DNA of 64,000 bases from Octopus vulgaris (lineage: Eukaryota), in assembly GCA_951406725.2 (NCBI GenBank), contig OX597816.1, positions 129,518,001-129,582,000 on the forward strand. The letters run 5' to 3'. A model generated the notes under the pieces. That model saw only the letters and a list, made by a program, of their open reading frames with translations. It searched no databases and was not told the DNA's origin. The position numbers and the translations under genes were made by a program. This document shows positions 50,141 through 63,548 of this stretch, piece after piece; position 1 is the first letter of the stretch, and each line of letters begins with the position of its first letter.

Positions 50141-52486
50141 TATTTCTGAGATTGGTTAAGAAACCTGAAATTGGTAATTCACTTGAGACACACCATCAAC
50201 TCAGTGAGAATCATTTGCCATACGTTCAAAATGGAGGCTTTTACATCGGATCTGTAAATACAAAAGGATTTTATGAAAGAATGTAAATGTGGTGGGGAGA
50301 TGTAAACAGATTTACAAATTCATACCTAAATACTTATACAAGGATGTATTAACCAATTTTACATTTTTGTCTAACACACATGCACACACAGGCTTCTATC
50401 AGTTTCTGTCTACCAAATCCACTCACAAGGCTTTGGTCAGCCTGAGGCTATAGTAGAAGACACTTGCACAAAGTGCCATGCAGAGGGACTGAACCTGGAA
50501 CCATGTGGTTGGTAAGCAAGCTACTTACCACACACCCACTCCTGTGCCTGTATGTAAATATTTATTTTATTGATCCCAGACTGATCTTTGATTTTAACAT
50601 GTCACTTATATTTTGTTAAACTTTAGCTGATATTAGGTTGTTTAATGACTGCAAAAGAATTTTTCTGAACATCATGCTATAACGAGTTCTTTGGAGAATT
50701 TTTTTGAGCTGTCATTCATTCTTTTTTTTGAGTTGTTACTTAACATAAAAATTAACAACAGCAACACCAAACAAACAAAAAAAAGATAGAAAGAGGCATG
50801 AATATATCAAATACTTTAAAATTCTTTTCCTTTGTCTTATTGCTAGTTATAGTTTTGTCATTGCTTAAGAAAGGAGAGTGTTGTAGGAAGATTTGGTTAT
50901 GATTTCCAATAGACTGAACAGATGTATAGAGAGATAAGATAATAAAAATTATTCAATTACTGAGTAATAAAAATAATTCTTTAACAAAAAGGACCTTTAA
51001 AAAAAAATGAAGACAATATTGTTATAGCAATAAGAATTTTATACAAATGAAGGACATTTTTAGTCAATGCTGGACTGCAATCAGGAATAACAACACAAAA
51101 GATAATAACAGCAAAGATATTTCCCATGACAAACGTTAGCCATGATACAGAATCAAATACAAAAAAAAATTCTTCCATGGATACCAAACAAACCTCTAAC
51201 ACTATCATGCAGTTTGATTTCATCTTTGTCATAATGTATTATTTTTAGCCAATCAGAAACCAGTATGCAGAGCCACCTTTTAGCTACTCAAACAGAACAA
51301 AACTGCAGTCTGCTAATTCATTAGTGGTCATCAACAAGTAGCTATGGTTAGCTACCCTATTTGACATTTTTCCTCCCCTAGCTAATCATTAACCTTGATA
51401 GAACAATATCTACCAGTTTAAAAACATGTATGTTTACCTGGTTTTTCTCTTTATTGGTGGCTTTTTATCTGCTGACATATATTTGACCCTACAATGCATT
51501 CCAGTGCTTTGTAAACACAAAACTAACTGCCTATTCTCACAAACATACTTATTTCAACTTTGATTAGATTGGTCCTGTACATTCATTAAGATCTGTTACA
51601 TTCCACACTGAATTATATCCTATTTAAAACCTGTATTCTCAAATCACATGCTGTGTAATTCTTGCTGCACTAATCCCCCAACAAGTTCAGATTAGATTTA
51701 TTTTTTTAATAGTATGTAGGAAATAAAAAGGAAAAACAATCTACCATATTAAAGTGCTAACGATAGATTCTTGTGGTGTAAAAAAAAAGTCACATTATGG
51801 GAAGAGGTGGTAAACGTATGTATGCAATTGAGAGAGAGATCCAAACAAAAGCTACTAGCATGTGCATACACACACTCATACAAATGCTACTGGCACACTC
51901 ACACAGATGGCAATTATTTGTGTGTGTGCATGTGTGAAAGAGTTGAAGTATATGCATATATGTGCATACATCATTAGTGTTCATATGTCTGTGAGTGTAA
52001 CTATGTGTACATGAAACAGTAGTATTTGATTTTCTCTCATACTATTTACCTGATGATTTAACACATGCATCTTAGAGCAAGTCATTGCCGTAAAGATTGA
52101 ACATCACCATCATCGTTTAACGTCCATTTTCCATGCTGGCATGGGTTGGACGGTTTGACTGAGGTCTGGAGAGCCAGTGGCTGCACCAGGCACCAATCTG
52201 ATCTGGCAATGTTTCTACAGCTGGATGCCCTTCCTAACGCCGGCCATTCCTAGCATTGATCACATTCGGACAGTGCTTTTTACATGCCACAGGCATGGGA
52301 GGTACTGGCAATGGCCACATTCAGATAGTGCTTTTTATGTGCCACTGGCACAGGAGCCAGTCAGGTGGACCTGGCATGGACCACATTTGGATGGTGCTTT
52401 TTATGTGCCACTAGCACAGGAGCCAGATAGGGGGCACTGACCACAGCTACGATTTTGGTTTTACTTGACTCAACAGGTCTTCTCAA

Positions 52487-52528
<42 letters not shown>

Positions 52529-52582
52529 TTCAATATATATTCATATGTATTTACACATATACACACACATGCAATTATTCAC

Positions 52583-52618
<36 letters not shown>

Positions 52619-53339
52619 CGTGCCGGTGGCACATAAAAAGCACCATCCGTTCGTGGCCGTTTGCCAGCTCTGTCTGGCACCTGTGCGGGTGGCACGTAAA
52701 AAGCACCCACTACACTCACAGAGTGGTTGGCGTTAGGAAGGGCATCCAGCCATAGAAACACTGCCAGATTTGACTGGGCCTGATGAAGCCTTCTGGCTTC
52801 ACAGACCCCAGTAGAACCGTCCAACCCATGCTAGCATGGAAAACGGACGCTAAACGATGATGATGATGATGATATATATATATATACACACACACACACT
52901 CACACTAAAAAAATACATATTTATTAAATTTATTTCCATTTATCTATTATCAGAAAGGTTAAGTTCTTAGAGTTATGTAATGAGATTTTAATACCTAGAA
53001 TTGATCAGTTAAGATCAAATAAAGAGAAAAGTTGAATGAGGGAATGGAGAGAAAAAGAATAAAATATTATATAATGAAATAAAATATTGTAGAATATATG
53101 GGAGCATATACTGGGTTATTATTATACTGTAACTTAATATGTTTGTAATTATTAATTATTAACTAAATAAATAAGTAAATTGGAGATCATTTCATTATAT
53201 GTAGGAATACCGTATAACATTATATGAAGAAAAACACTATTTGTATTCATGATTGATTTTTTGTGCTAAGATAGATTGGATTAGAACTATTTAGTAGTTA
53301 AACCAAGTGTTGATATTTAAAGATAATTTAACAAATATG

Positions 53340-53514
53340 CTTCTGTGACCTCATCAGTGGTCCTTTGCTTTCTTCTTTCTTATTTGTGTGTCTTTCCTTA
53401 CTAATGATCAGCCATTATGTAGTTTGATAATAAGAAATTAATAAGAAAGAGGAAAGCAAAGGACCACAGTTGAGGTCACAGAAGTGTGACGAAAGAACTC
53501 TGGCCGAAATACGA
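53340..53514. mobile_element. 175-bp inverted insertion with a degenerate hammerhead motif and 12-bp target-site duplication
   Basis: TTAACAAATATG at 53328-53339 and 53515-53526; 45-bp arms 53340-53384 and 53440-53484. Confidence 0.65.
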
Positions 53515-53681
53515 TTAACAAATATGAATTATAATATAATTTACTTTATTCTGTAAAAATAAGAAAGAAATAAGACAATTTATTGGTATGGAGATGTTAT
53601 TTATATATATTATGAAAGAAACAAAGTTGAATGATTGTTGGAATATAACCATTTATATATATTATGCAGATGTTTGAAATA

Positions 53682-53879
53682 CAGTAATCCCTCACCATAT
53701 TGCAGTTCATCTATTGCACACTCAGTACATCAGGGATTTTTCTGGCTAATACATGTAAATTTATATTACAGTATCCTCAGTATATCGTAGGTTTCTGTGG
53801 CTGATAGGTATTTATACTTTTTTAGATTTTAATTATTTCTGTAGGAGGTTATGGAACATAACACCTGCAATAGTCAAGG
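53682..53879. mobile_element. Tigger-like MITE remnant
   Basis: TA-CAGTAATCCCTC left terminus; right terminus degraded. Confidence 0.4.
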
Positions 53880-54039
53880 TAAGATATTCTTTTCTACTCT
53901 AAGCACAAGGTCCAAAATTTTTAGGGAAAGGTACTTATTTTATTGACCCCAAAAGGATAAAAGTCAACCTTGGCAGATATATATATATATATATATATAT
54001 ACATACATATATATCATCCTCAAACTTGATTATTTTCAA

Positions 54040-54541
54040 GTCTTACCAACTATATAATATCAAGTACTACTTGAATAATTTTATTACTGAAACAGAGTTT
54101 GATAGAATACAATATTGAGAGTTGAATCAGGAGATATAGAGACTATACAAAGAAAGTCAGAGGAATGGGCAAATAGAAGAAATAAGAATTAGGTATAAAT
54201 GGAGGAGAAACAAGAATGACAAGAAGTATTAACCCAGAAGAAAAGGAATGAAAACCATGTTTCTAACTTCCTTCATAAAATGAGTGTAATAGTATGTCAT
54301 ACTAAGAGGGTTTTTCCAACTATCTATACACTGCTAATCACTAACTAAATTTCTTGGTGAAATGAATATCATAGTATATCATGGATACAGGTCTTACCAA
54401 CTATATAATACCAAGTGCTACTTGAATAATTTTATTACTGAAACACAGAGGAATGGGCAAATAGAAGAAATAAGAATTAGGTATAAATGGAGGAGAAACA
54501 AGAATGACAAGAAGTATTAACCCAGAAGAAAAGGAATGAAA
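54040..54541 (+). repeat. Local direct duplication (54040-54253 and 54391-54541)
   Basis: Near-identical gtcttaccaactatataata...gaaaaggaatgaaa; the second copy lacks about 60 bp. Confidence 0.85.
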
Positions 54542-57349
54542 TTTATGCAAGAAATGGAGCTAGAAGATATTGTATAACAAATGATGAGCTGAAGCTAAAA
54601 CAGAAAGAATGAGAATTGTTCATCAAGACAGAAGTCAAAATATAAATGATGATGATAATAATAAGCAAGAATATTTTTCACAGGACAGAATGAGAAAATA
54701 AGCAAAGAGAATAAACAAGATTTTTAGAAATTAATGAAAGGATTATGAAGAAAATGACAGGATAATATTACCAAGTGGGGAGATGTTTATGGGTGACACC
54801 ACAAAATGGCCTGTGGAATTTCCACAGGTATTGCTGGTGTACATAATCCCACAGCACATTTTATTATTCCTATGAATAGTTTTTTTTTTTATTTCTGGCA
54901 ATTGGCAACCTGACAAGCCAACAACTGGTAACCCAACATTCACGCAAATCTACATTTGGCAACTTTCAAGTCTCAACCAACCACACTTCAGATTAAAGAT
55001 GTTTTTCTGATTAAACAGATTAATTTTTTTTTTTTTGATAGGAGAGAGAGAAAAATATAAAATATTTGCAGTCCTTACACTATCAGCCAGTGCATTGTTT
55101 GCAAACTCAACAATCTCTTAACTTTGTTCTACAATAATTACAATGCAGCAATTGCCAGTCATGAGGAATATTGACCAACTTAACAGTGACACATAGGATG
55201 TCTCAAGGACAGAAAATACAATAAATGTGGTATTACTAACTCGCTACAGAACTCAAGAAAAAAGATACACCAAGTCAGAATTATGGCAATAATTCCTAGC
55301 ATATATAAACAGACTATATACCATTTTTATATACCAGTAATTCTCCTTAATAGGATAACTTTTTTGTTCTTTAACTTGCAACTAATCATTTCAACTTTTT
55401 AACTGCAGTGCACATATAATTTTCTAGATCACCACTCTTTCTCTGACTTATTCTATTGGTCCCTTTTGCTGAGCCACTAAGTTTCAGGGATGTTAACACA
55501 CCAACATCGGTTATCAAGTGATGGTGGGAGGACAAGCACAGACACACAAATACATACACACACACATATATAAATATATATATGAAGGGCTTCTTTCAGT
55601 TTCTGTCTACCAAATCCACTCACAAGGGTTTGGTCAGCCCAAGGCTATGGTAGAAGACATTTACCCAAGGTGCCATGCAGCCTGCACCTATCAACACAGC
55701 TTAAATTTTAGAAACACAGAAACAACTACATATACATCCTCATACATGTAAACTTTGAGTTGATTGATCTTATAACAATCTACCATAATTCTATGTTAAA
55801 TTTTGTCCCATTTAATAAGTGGTGACAGAAGGGACAATGAATAAGATTTACAGCATTTTTGATTTTGAGAAAAAAAATATTTTTTACAAATGTTCACTGC
55901 CTTACAAAAACTATACCAGCTAAGTAAATGACCTTCTCCAATTGCATTAAAAACATTATAACATATTCAGAACTCTATTTCAGAAAATTATCTTCATTTT
56001 CTTCAAGCATACAAAAGACAAATTTAGGTGGGGCAAAATAAGTAAGACAAAATAAGATAACCTTGCCTCTTCAATTCTCCAGAATTACATTTGAAAAAAG
56101 ACCCACATACATCAATATCCATACCAGGATATCAGAAATGCAACAGAAATTTAAAATATCTAAGTCAAATTGAAAGTAGATCATGAAAAAGTGGCACATA
56201 ATATGAAATCACCAAAACTCAACATAAAATATTTTCTATAGCTTCTTCACGATCTGCTGGTGTGGCTCTCATCCCGATATATTTACACACCATGCAGTTA
56301 AAAAGAAATTATTGAAATTAGTCAGTACTCATTATTAGACATGATTTTTTGAAAATTGAACATTATCATTAGTGTGGGAAAAAAATTGAGTTGGAATCCA
56401 ACAGAAAAAAGAATATGGATAGTTAAACACCAAAAATTATCCAGATATTTTTATTAGCAACCACAATTACAATTGGATCAAATTTGAGGAAAAATTTCTG
56501 GAAAAAATATCCCGGTCACCTGACTTATGTTTCAAACTCACTCAACTTCAACATCAACAACTATGCCGATCAACTTTTACTCCCAAAGAAGATGCAACAG
56601 TCCGAAATGATGATGCAATATTTGCAATGTAATGATTTCAAACACATAGGAAAAAAATGAGAAATCAGAAATTATTCAATTTCCTCCAGCTACCAATTTT
56701 GCCCCATCACCCATTCTTCAATAATGTGCTGTATAATTACTATTGTATTATTTTATCAACATGCTTGGAAACGATCTATTTGCTATTTGTATGTATGAAA
56801 TAAAAAGAAAAAAAATACAAGCTTGCTTCCAAACCATATGATTCCAGATTCAGACCCACTGAGTGACACCTTGGGCAACTGATATCTACTATAACCTAAG
56901 GCCAACCAAAGCCTTGTGAGTGGATTTGGTAGATGGAACCTGAAGGAAACCCATCGAATATTATATATATATACATTCGAGCGAGGTCGTTGCCAGTGCC
57001 GCTGGACTGGCTCCTGTGCAGGTGGCACATAAAAAACACCATTTGAGCATAGTTGTTGCCAGTACTGCCTGACTGGCCCTCGTGCCGGTGACACATAAAA
57101 GCACCCACTACACTCTCGGAGTGGCTGGTGTTAGGAAGGGCATCCAGCAGTAGAAACTCTGCCAGATCAGATTAGAGCTTGGCGCAGCCATCTTGTTCAC
57201 CAATCCTCAGTCAAATCGTCCAACCCATGTTAGCATGGAAGGCGGACGTTAAACGATGATGATGATATATATGTATGTATGTATGTACAGCCATCTAAGA
57301 ATCCATAAATCAGGAAAAACTGCATTCGTATATTTGTCAGTAGAGTGGG

Positions 57350-58366
57350 TATATTAATCGAAGTATACAGAATTTATATATCCATTATGACCAATCTTAC
57401 CAATTAATTTAGTACTAGGGGTCCATCGGAGTTTTAGGTAGTCATCCAATTATGTAACCCTGCGCTCTTCAGAAATGGCAGTTATAGAATGATATATGGC
57501 GACATATTTACTTCCATAACTGCCATCTTGGATCTTTTCGGTTTGAACAGCAGTTTTTTAAAATAATTTCTATGTAACTAAAAAATTTTAAACTTCGTAT
57601 ACTGGTAGAATGTGTTTATAAAACATCTTTTTCTCTTGGCTTTCTTGAGAAAATTCTATAGTTTGTAAGATATTTGGTCTTTAATTTCTTGCATTTCGGC
57701 AATTTCAACCAATCAATGATGTCTATTGAGGTGAAAACGATTTCTGCTGTAACATTTTATGGCAGCGTCATATGAAAATGTCCCTGTTTTTTATGAGAAA
57801 AAAGATACCCTGTGGCCATAAACTGAGGGGTCACTCGTAAACAGAGCTGGATAACAAAACCGTTCCCTCTTTAGTGTCCACCCATAATTATGACCCTAGT
57901 ATCGATCTATTGCATTTCAATCTGTTTTAGGGTTAGGGGTTGGGTTAGGGGTGGGGGGAAGAGTATCTTTTTTTCTTCAGAAATGTAAATAAACCCAATC
58001 TGTTTCTTAAACGAGGGACATTTTCATATTTCACCGCCAGGAAATTTTATGGCAGATAATGTTTTCACCTCAATAGACGTCATTGATTGGTTGACATTAC
58101 CAAAATTGAAGAAAATATCTTACAAACTACAGAATTTTCTCAAGAAAGCCAAGAGAAAAAAGATGTTTTATAAACACATTCTACCAGTATACGAAGTTAC
58201 ATAGAAATTATTTTAAAAAACTGTCGTTCAAACCGAAAAGATCCGCCATCTTTGAAGAGCGCAGAGTTACATAGTCGGACCTGACTTTTTTGAACCTCTA
58301 GTGCGAAACTGATCAATTAAGATCAGCCATAATGGATATATAATATTGTACACTTCGATTAATATA
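57350..58366. mobile_element. Outer palindromic MITE hosting the 57530 element
   Basis: TATATTAATCGAAGT...ACTTCGATTAATATA termini; arm symmetry continues inward for over 100 bp. Confidence 0.75.
57530..58244. mobile_element. Long-TIR foldback element (GG termini, 8-bp TSD; Merlin/MULE-like)
   Basis: GGATCTTTTCGGTTTGAAC...GTTCAAACCGAAAAGATCC; arms about 220 bp; TSD GCCATCTT at 57522-57529 and 58245-58252. Confidence 0.85.
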
Positions 58367-59725
58367 TGTGTGTGCGTGTGTGTGTCCCACCACAGCTTGA
58401 CAACAGGTGTTGGTGTTTACATCCCCGTAACTCAGCGGTTCAGCAAAAAAACTGATAGAATAAGTACAAGGTTTTAAAAAGAATGATTAATAAGTACTAG
58501 TATCGATTGGATCCACTAAGAATTCTTCAAGGCGGCGCCCCAGCATAGCCACAGTCTAATGACTGAAACAAGTAAAAGATAAACGATAATTTAGCATCGT
58601 TATTATTCCGACGAGCATTTTTTTTTTTTTTTTCATTTTCCTTATCTAATTACATGCTACTTTGACAAAGTGAAAGTGGCTCGCTAAATCAAAGTTAATT
58701 CAAATCCAAGCGAATGCAACATAAAGTCAACCCCGTCATGATTTTTAACATGAGTAAAAAACAAGTAAAATTAATAAAATTCGCGCTAAAATTTCGTCAT
58801 TACAATAAATAGGCAGGTTCATTTGAGTCATACAAAATGCTTTGCTGTATTTCTTCAAGGTTTTTAAGTTCTGAGTTGAAACCTCACCGAGGTTATCTTT
58901 GCCTTTCATCTTTCTGGGGATCAATAAAATGAAGTACAATCAAATACTGAGATTCATGTATTCCCTAACACCGAATTCCTGGTTGTGTGCCTATGTAAGA
59001 AGTTATTTATCGGCGAAGTGTTGGGTATTAGTAGAATAGTTAAGAGAGTCGAACAAAATGCCTTATGATATTTAGTTACGGCCCTTACGCCCCGAGTTCA
59101 ACCAGAGGCGAGATTACTCTTGCCTTTCAGCCTTCCAGGGTCGATAAAATAAAGTATCAGTCAATAACTAAAATCGAATTAATGGATTATATACACTCCG
59201 CCAAAATGTGTGATCGTGAGCTAATGTTAGAAATTAAAATCACAAGGATGTAAAGAACTAAAACATGTTGCTTAAAACATACACTAACTCTAAACAAGGA
59301 TTATTACAGACTCTGATCCGTCCCTGTATTCAGTAAACTACAAAATCACACATTTTCAACAATTTAGTGTACTGTTTCCGTAATTTACTCGTACAAACAA
59401 AATTATGGGAAGCTTCAATTATTTATAAACGAAAAGAATAATAAATTGTGATGGTAGAAAACATCAACACAACATTTGTTACTAATTGCGCTGCCACCGT
59501 ATAGCAACAAGAAACAAAACCAGTGTATACCGTAGAATAAATAAATGTTTAAGGAAGAATTAGTCCGTAATGTACTTGCAAAGAACGAACAGGGCGGTCT
59601 GTGAAGGTGCCTTCACCAACAGTAGTAATAACAACCGGATTCATATAAAGAAGCATGTTACATATTCGCAAATTCACTAAAACGTTTATAGAACAGGAAA
59701 AAAAGCAAACAATCATAACACTTAC

Positions 59726-59830
59726 CAGATATTTAATAAAAAATACACAATTTTATGTAACTTCACATAATTATTGCACTAGAATGATGGCACTTTAAAG
59801 GTTAGTGTCAACGAACACTGTTCACTCTCC
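59726..59830 (-). promoter_or_regulatory. Possible non-coding first exon/promoter of MIPEP
   Basis: Strong donor CTG|GTAAGT on - at 59726/59725 in a locally CpG-richer unique stretch. The MIPEP start exon is preceded by acceptor-like sites (50251, 50164), implying an upstream UTR exon. Confidence 0.35.
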
Positions 59831-59875
59831 AGACAACGGTAGAAATATCCCTCCATTCATCCTCTCTTTCTTCTT

Positions 59876-60068
59876 CTCTCTCTCTCTCTCTCTATTTATC
59901 TATTTGTCTGTATTTCATTCACTCACTCAGTTCTGTTTCTCTCTCTCTCTCTTTTTATATATTTGTCTGTATTTCATTCACTCACTCAGTCTCTGTTTCT
60001 CTCTCTCTCTATTTATCTATTTGTCTGTATTTCATTCACTCACTCAGTCTCTGTTTCTCTCTCTCTCT
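59876..60068. repeat. Minisatellite, three units of about 60 bp each with (CT)n
   Basis: (ct)n-atttatctatttgtctgtatttcattcactcactcagt repeated three times. Confidence 0.85.
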
Positions 60069-60574
60069 TTCTTGCAATGCTACCATCACTTGGAAAACAC
60101 GTGTTTCTCCTGTAATGTTTACACAAATTTTTCCTTTGATATTACGTTCTTGCCATAAAACCGAGTCGAGAATTTAGTCTTTTACTAGGCCTACAAGAAA
60201 TAGCAGCCACATTTCCCTCAAATCATACCCTATAATTCTACAAAATGCACTGTACCTTCGAAAAATAAAATGTGGTTACGAATGTAATACTTTTTGATCA
60301 TAAATCTGTTTCATGAAGACTGTCTGGGCTACATGCTTCCAAACTGCATTAATATTTAAATTAATTCTTAAAATATACTATAAAACGATCAGTTTAATCG
60401 ATCTAAATAGTCACAGGCGCCTTCGTTGGCTCATAAAGCATTATTTTACACATGTAAACAATGTTGGAATCACCAAAAGTTGCCTATTCCAGAATAAAGT
60501 GTTTTATGTTTATAAATTATATTATCAGACGGTAATTAACTCGGTTTAATTTATCTCGATTGGTACTTACAAAA

Positions 60575-60960
60575 GGCGGCGAACTGGCAGAATCGTTAGC
60601 ACGCCGGGCGAAATGCCTAGCGGTATTTCGTCTGCCATTACGTTCTGAGTTCAAATTCCGCCGAAGTCGACTTTGCCTTTCAAATTTTCGGGGTCGATAA
60701 ATTAAGTACCAGTTACGCACTGAGGTCGATATAATCGACTTAATACCTTTGTCTGTCCTTGTTTGTCCCTTCGATATTTAGCCCCTTGTGGGTAATAAAG
60801 ATATAGGTATTTCGTCTGTCTTATGCTCTGATTTCAAATTCCGCCGAGGTCAACTTTTATCCTTTCGGGGTCGATAAATTAAGTACCAGTTGCGTAATGG
60901 GGCGATCTAAGCGACTGGCTCCCTTCCCCAAAATTTCGAGCCTTTCGCCAAGAGTAGAAA
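60575..60960 (+). mobile_element. Second tRNA-derived SINE family (Meta-domain-like) with internal duplication; other copies near 1-105, 220-440, 4290-4490, 10275-10480, 34275-34750 (-) and 29038-29580, 59010-59240 (+)
   Basis: GAGTTCAAATTCC B-box followed by gtcgactttgcc...ggggtcgataaattaagtaccag. Confidence 0.75.
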
Positions 60961-62730
60961 AAAAAAAGGCACTTAAAAGTAAAATGTCTTATAAAATGAT
61001 TTTTTTTTTCGGCTGCCTCATCGCTTCTTTTTTGTACCAGCGGTCAAGGTCATTCAATAAATATACATTTCACAAGGTTACCATGAATCATTATTTACTT
61101 GTTTTAGGCATTGGAGTTCCGCCATGCTTGAGTACCGCTTTGAAGGGTTTTAGTCGAACGAATTGACCCCAAAACTTTAATCCTGGTACATGTTCACTGA
61201 ATCTCTAGCTTACGGGGAGGTAAACAAACCTACACCGGTTGTCAAGGAGATGGGCACAGACATGTATGTATGTAAACGATGGGCTTCCTTCAGTTTCCGT
61301 CTACGAAATCCATCCCCTCACAAGGCTTTGGTCGGCCCGGGGCTATAGTAGAAGATATTTATCCAGTGAGTCATGCAGTGGAACTGAACCCGGAAACATG
61401 TGGTTGGGAAACTGCTTGTCATGAAGGTACGAGGAAAGAGGTAGGGGAAGGGGCGTAACTATAAATACTGATTTTCAAGTAACATAAAAAAATGAAAATA
61501 AAAACAAAGAAAAAAAAACTGAAGTAAATGTTTTTGTTGTTTTCTTTTTAATCTTTGCTCTAATATCTATATCATCTCAATGAAGAATTGCTACAGTTGT
61601 TTGAACAATGTTTTAATCATAATAGAAAATTGATTTATCACCTTCTGAACTATTGTACATGATACAAGCTACACATTTCGTAGGATTGGCCGATGGTGAT
61701 GATTACTCTCGTGCAAGCACCGTTCTTATGTTGTGTAGGTAATATTTCATAAGCTCTCCAGGGAATTTTGTCACTACCAAGATTAACTAAATTCTTCTAA
61801 AGTATATTTTATATGCGCACCCGGTAACGTCAAATATATACCTATTGAACAGTTATGTTTTATTGTAAGTCTCTGAGTTTGTAAAGACGGTCAAGGACGT
61901 GCAATCTGTACACATTCAGCAGCATGACCAATGTTTTTTCCATAGTGATTTACGTCTTTCAGGAGAATCAGACATCATAATAGGATGTATTTTCAGGTCT
62001 TTATGAACAAAATTTTAATGTTACACTTAGTCAAATTACAAATGATCGGGAAAAGTGCTGGTGATCTTAACACAGATAAAGCAAAATAAATTATTTACAA
62101 GTTAGAAATATTTTAAACATGAGTGCCAGTTCTGTTTTACCACTCGTAAATCTTGCCAGCCGAATAAACAACCGCAGGGAATCAATAATTAATAACGTAT
62201 TCACAAATACGTTTTCCTCTAGAATACTTAATTCCAGTATTTCATTTCTTTCATTTATGTTGACTATACTGAATGAGACTCGAGGGGATTTGTAGTAAAT
62301 ACGCTTATGGGATAATAAATGAAACTACACAAATAAAACTAAAGAAATATTTTGTAAACATTAAGGATATTTAAAAAGATATGAGTAGTCATCAAATTTG
62401 ATATACAGTATTTCGTTTTGGGATTTGGTTTGCACGATTCTTTATTTGAGTTCGTGTGTTGAAGCATATATATATATATATATATATCGGAAGGTTTGGA
62501 GATGATGTACAGGTATTATATATTAGAAAAATTGAGGTAATCAGATCAGATGGTTCATATTTGTAGATATTTATTTATATATTACATTTTTTTTACATAT
62601 ATATCATATCATTCGGATTAGCGCTTGCTCCCATTCTAGTGGGTTTTCAAATCAAATCAGTTGTGGGTAGTTTGAACCTTTTTATAGTTTCGTAGTAGTA
62701 GGTGAGGAGGAAGTGAGACAGAGAGAAAAT

Positions 62731-62734
62731 ATGT

Positions 62735-62786
<52 letters not shown>

Positions 62787-62990
62787 ATTTATATCTGAGA
62801 GTGAAGAAGTGTTATTTCCGTTGGTCTGCTGGACCCCCTGTGGTTTTATAAGAACTTTGGCTGTCCATTTCAATGTCACTGAGTGTGTGTTGTGCATAGG
62901 TTGGCCTGGCAAATGTCATTTGGGGTCACACTTTCTATGATCATTCTGTGGAGGTGTGTGTGTGTGTGTGTCTCTGTGTGTCTGTGTGTG

Positions 62991-63034
<44 letters not shown>

Positions 63035-63245
63035 TGTGTGTGTCTGTGTGTTTGGAGAAGGGGAGAGAGACACAAAAAGAGAAAAGGGAAAATAAAAATA
63101 ATAATAATAAAAATAAAAAATTAAAAAATTAAAAAAATAAAATAAAAACAAAAAATAAAAAATAAAATAAAAAAATATAAAGAATAAATAAAAATATAAA
63201 GAATAAAAAATAAAAAAATAAAAATAAAAATAAAAATAAAAATAA
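62731..63245. repeat. (TG)n microsatellites and A-rich low-complexity tract
   Basis: (TG)n at 62731-62783 and 62954-63051; AAAAT-like repeats at 63088-63245. Confidence 0.9.
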
Positions 63246-63548
63246 GGGAGGAAGTGGAGAAGAAAAAATATTTTTGTGTGTTGATATTTATACCAACACA
63301 TATATATACACACACACAGACTTATACATAAAATATTTGAAAAAACCTTTTTATCGGTTCAAAATGAACAACCAAATTATACCATCTTGAAAGTTGTATG
63401 TCATAGGAAAGTTAAAATTAAAGTGACAATTAAAGGGTAAAGATGGAAGTGAATTATAAAGATAATAATATAATATGATGTATATAACAGGCAATACACA
63501 CATCTACACACACACAGATTTTTCCTTCAATGTATGTTGAGTAAAGTT

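Noticed and set aside
57927-57951. Telomere or chromosome-fusion site
   Set aside because: Only a few degenerate TTAGGG units, internal to a TSD-flanked transposon
62682-63315. ORFs rich in HT/CV/FY repeats (also 566-1041, 12213-12646, 59805-60158)
   Set aside because: Translations of microsatellite and low-complexity DNA
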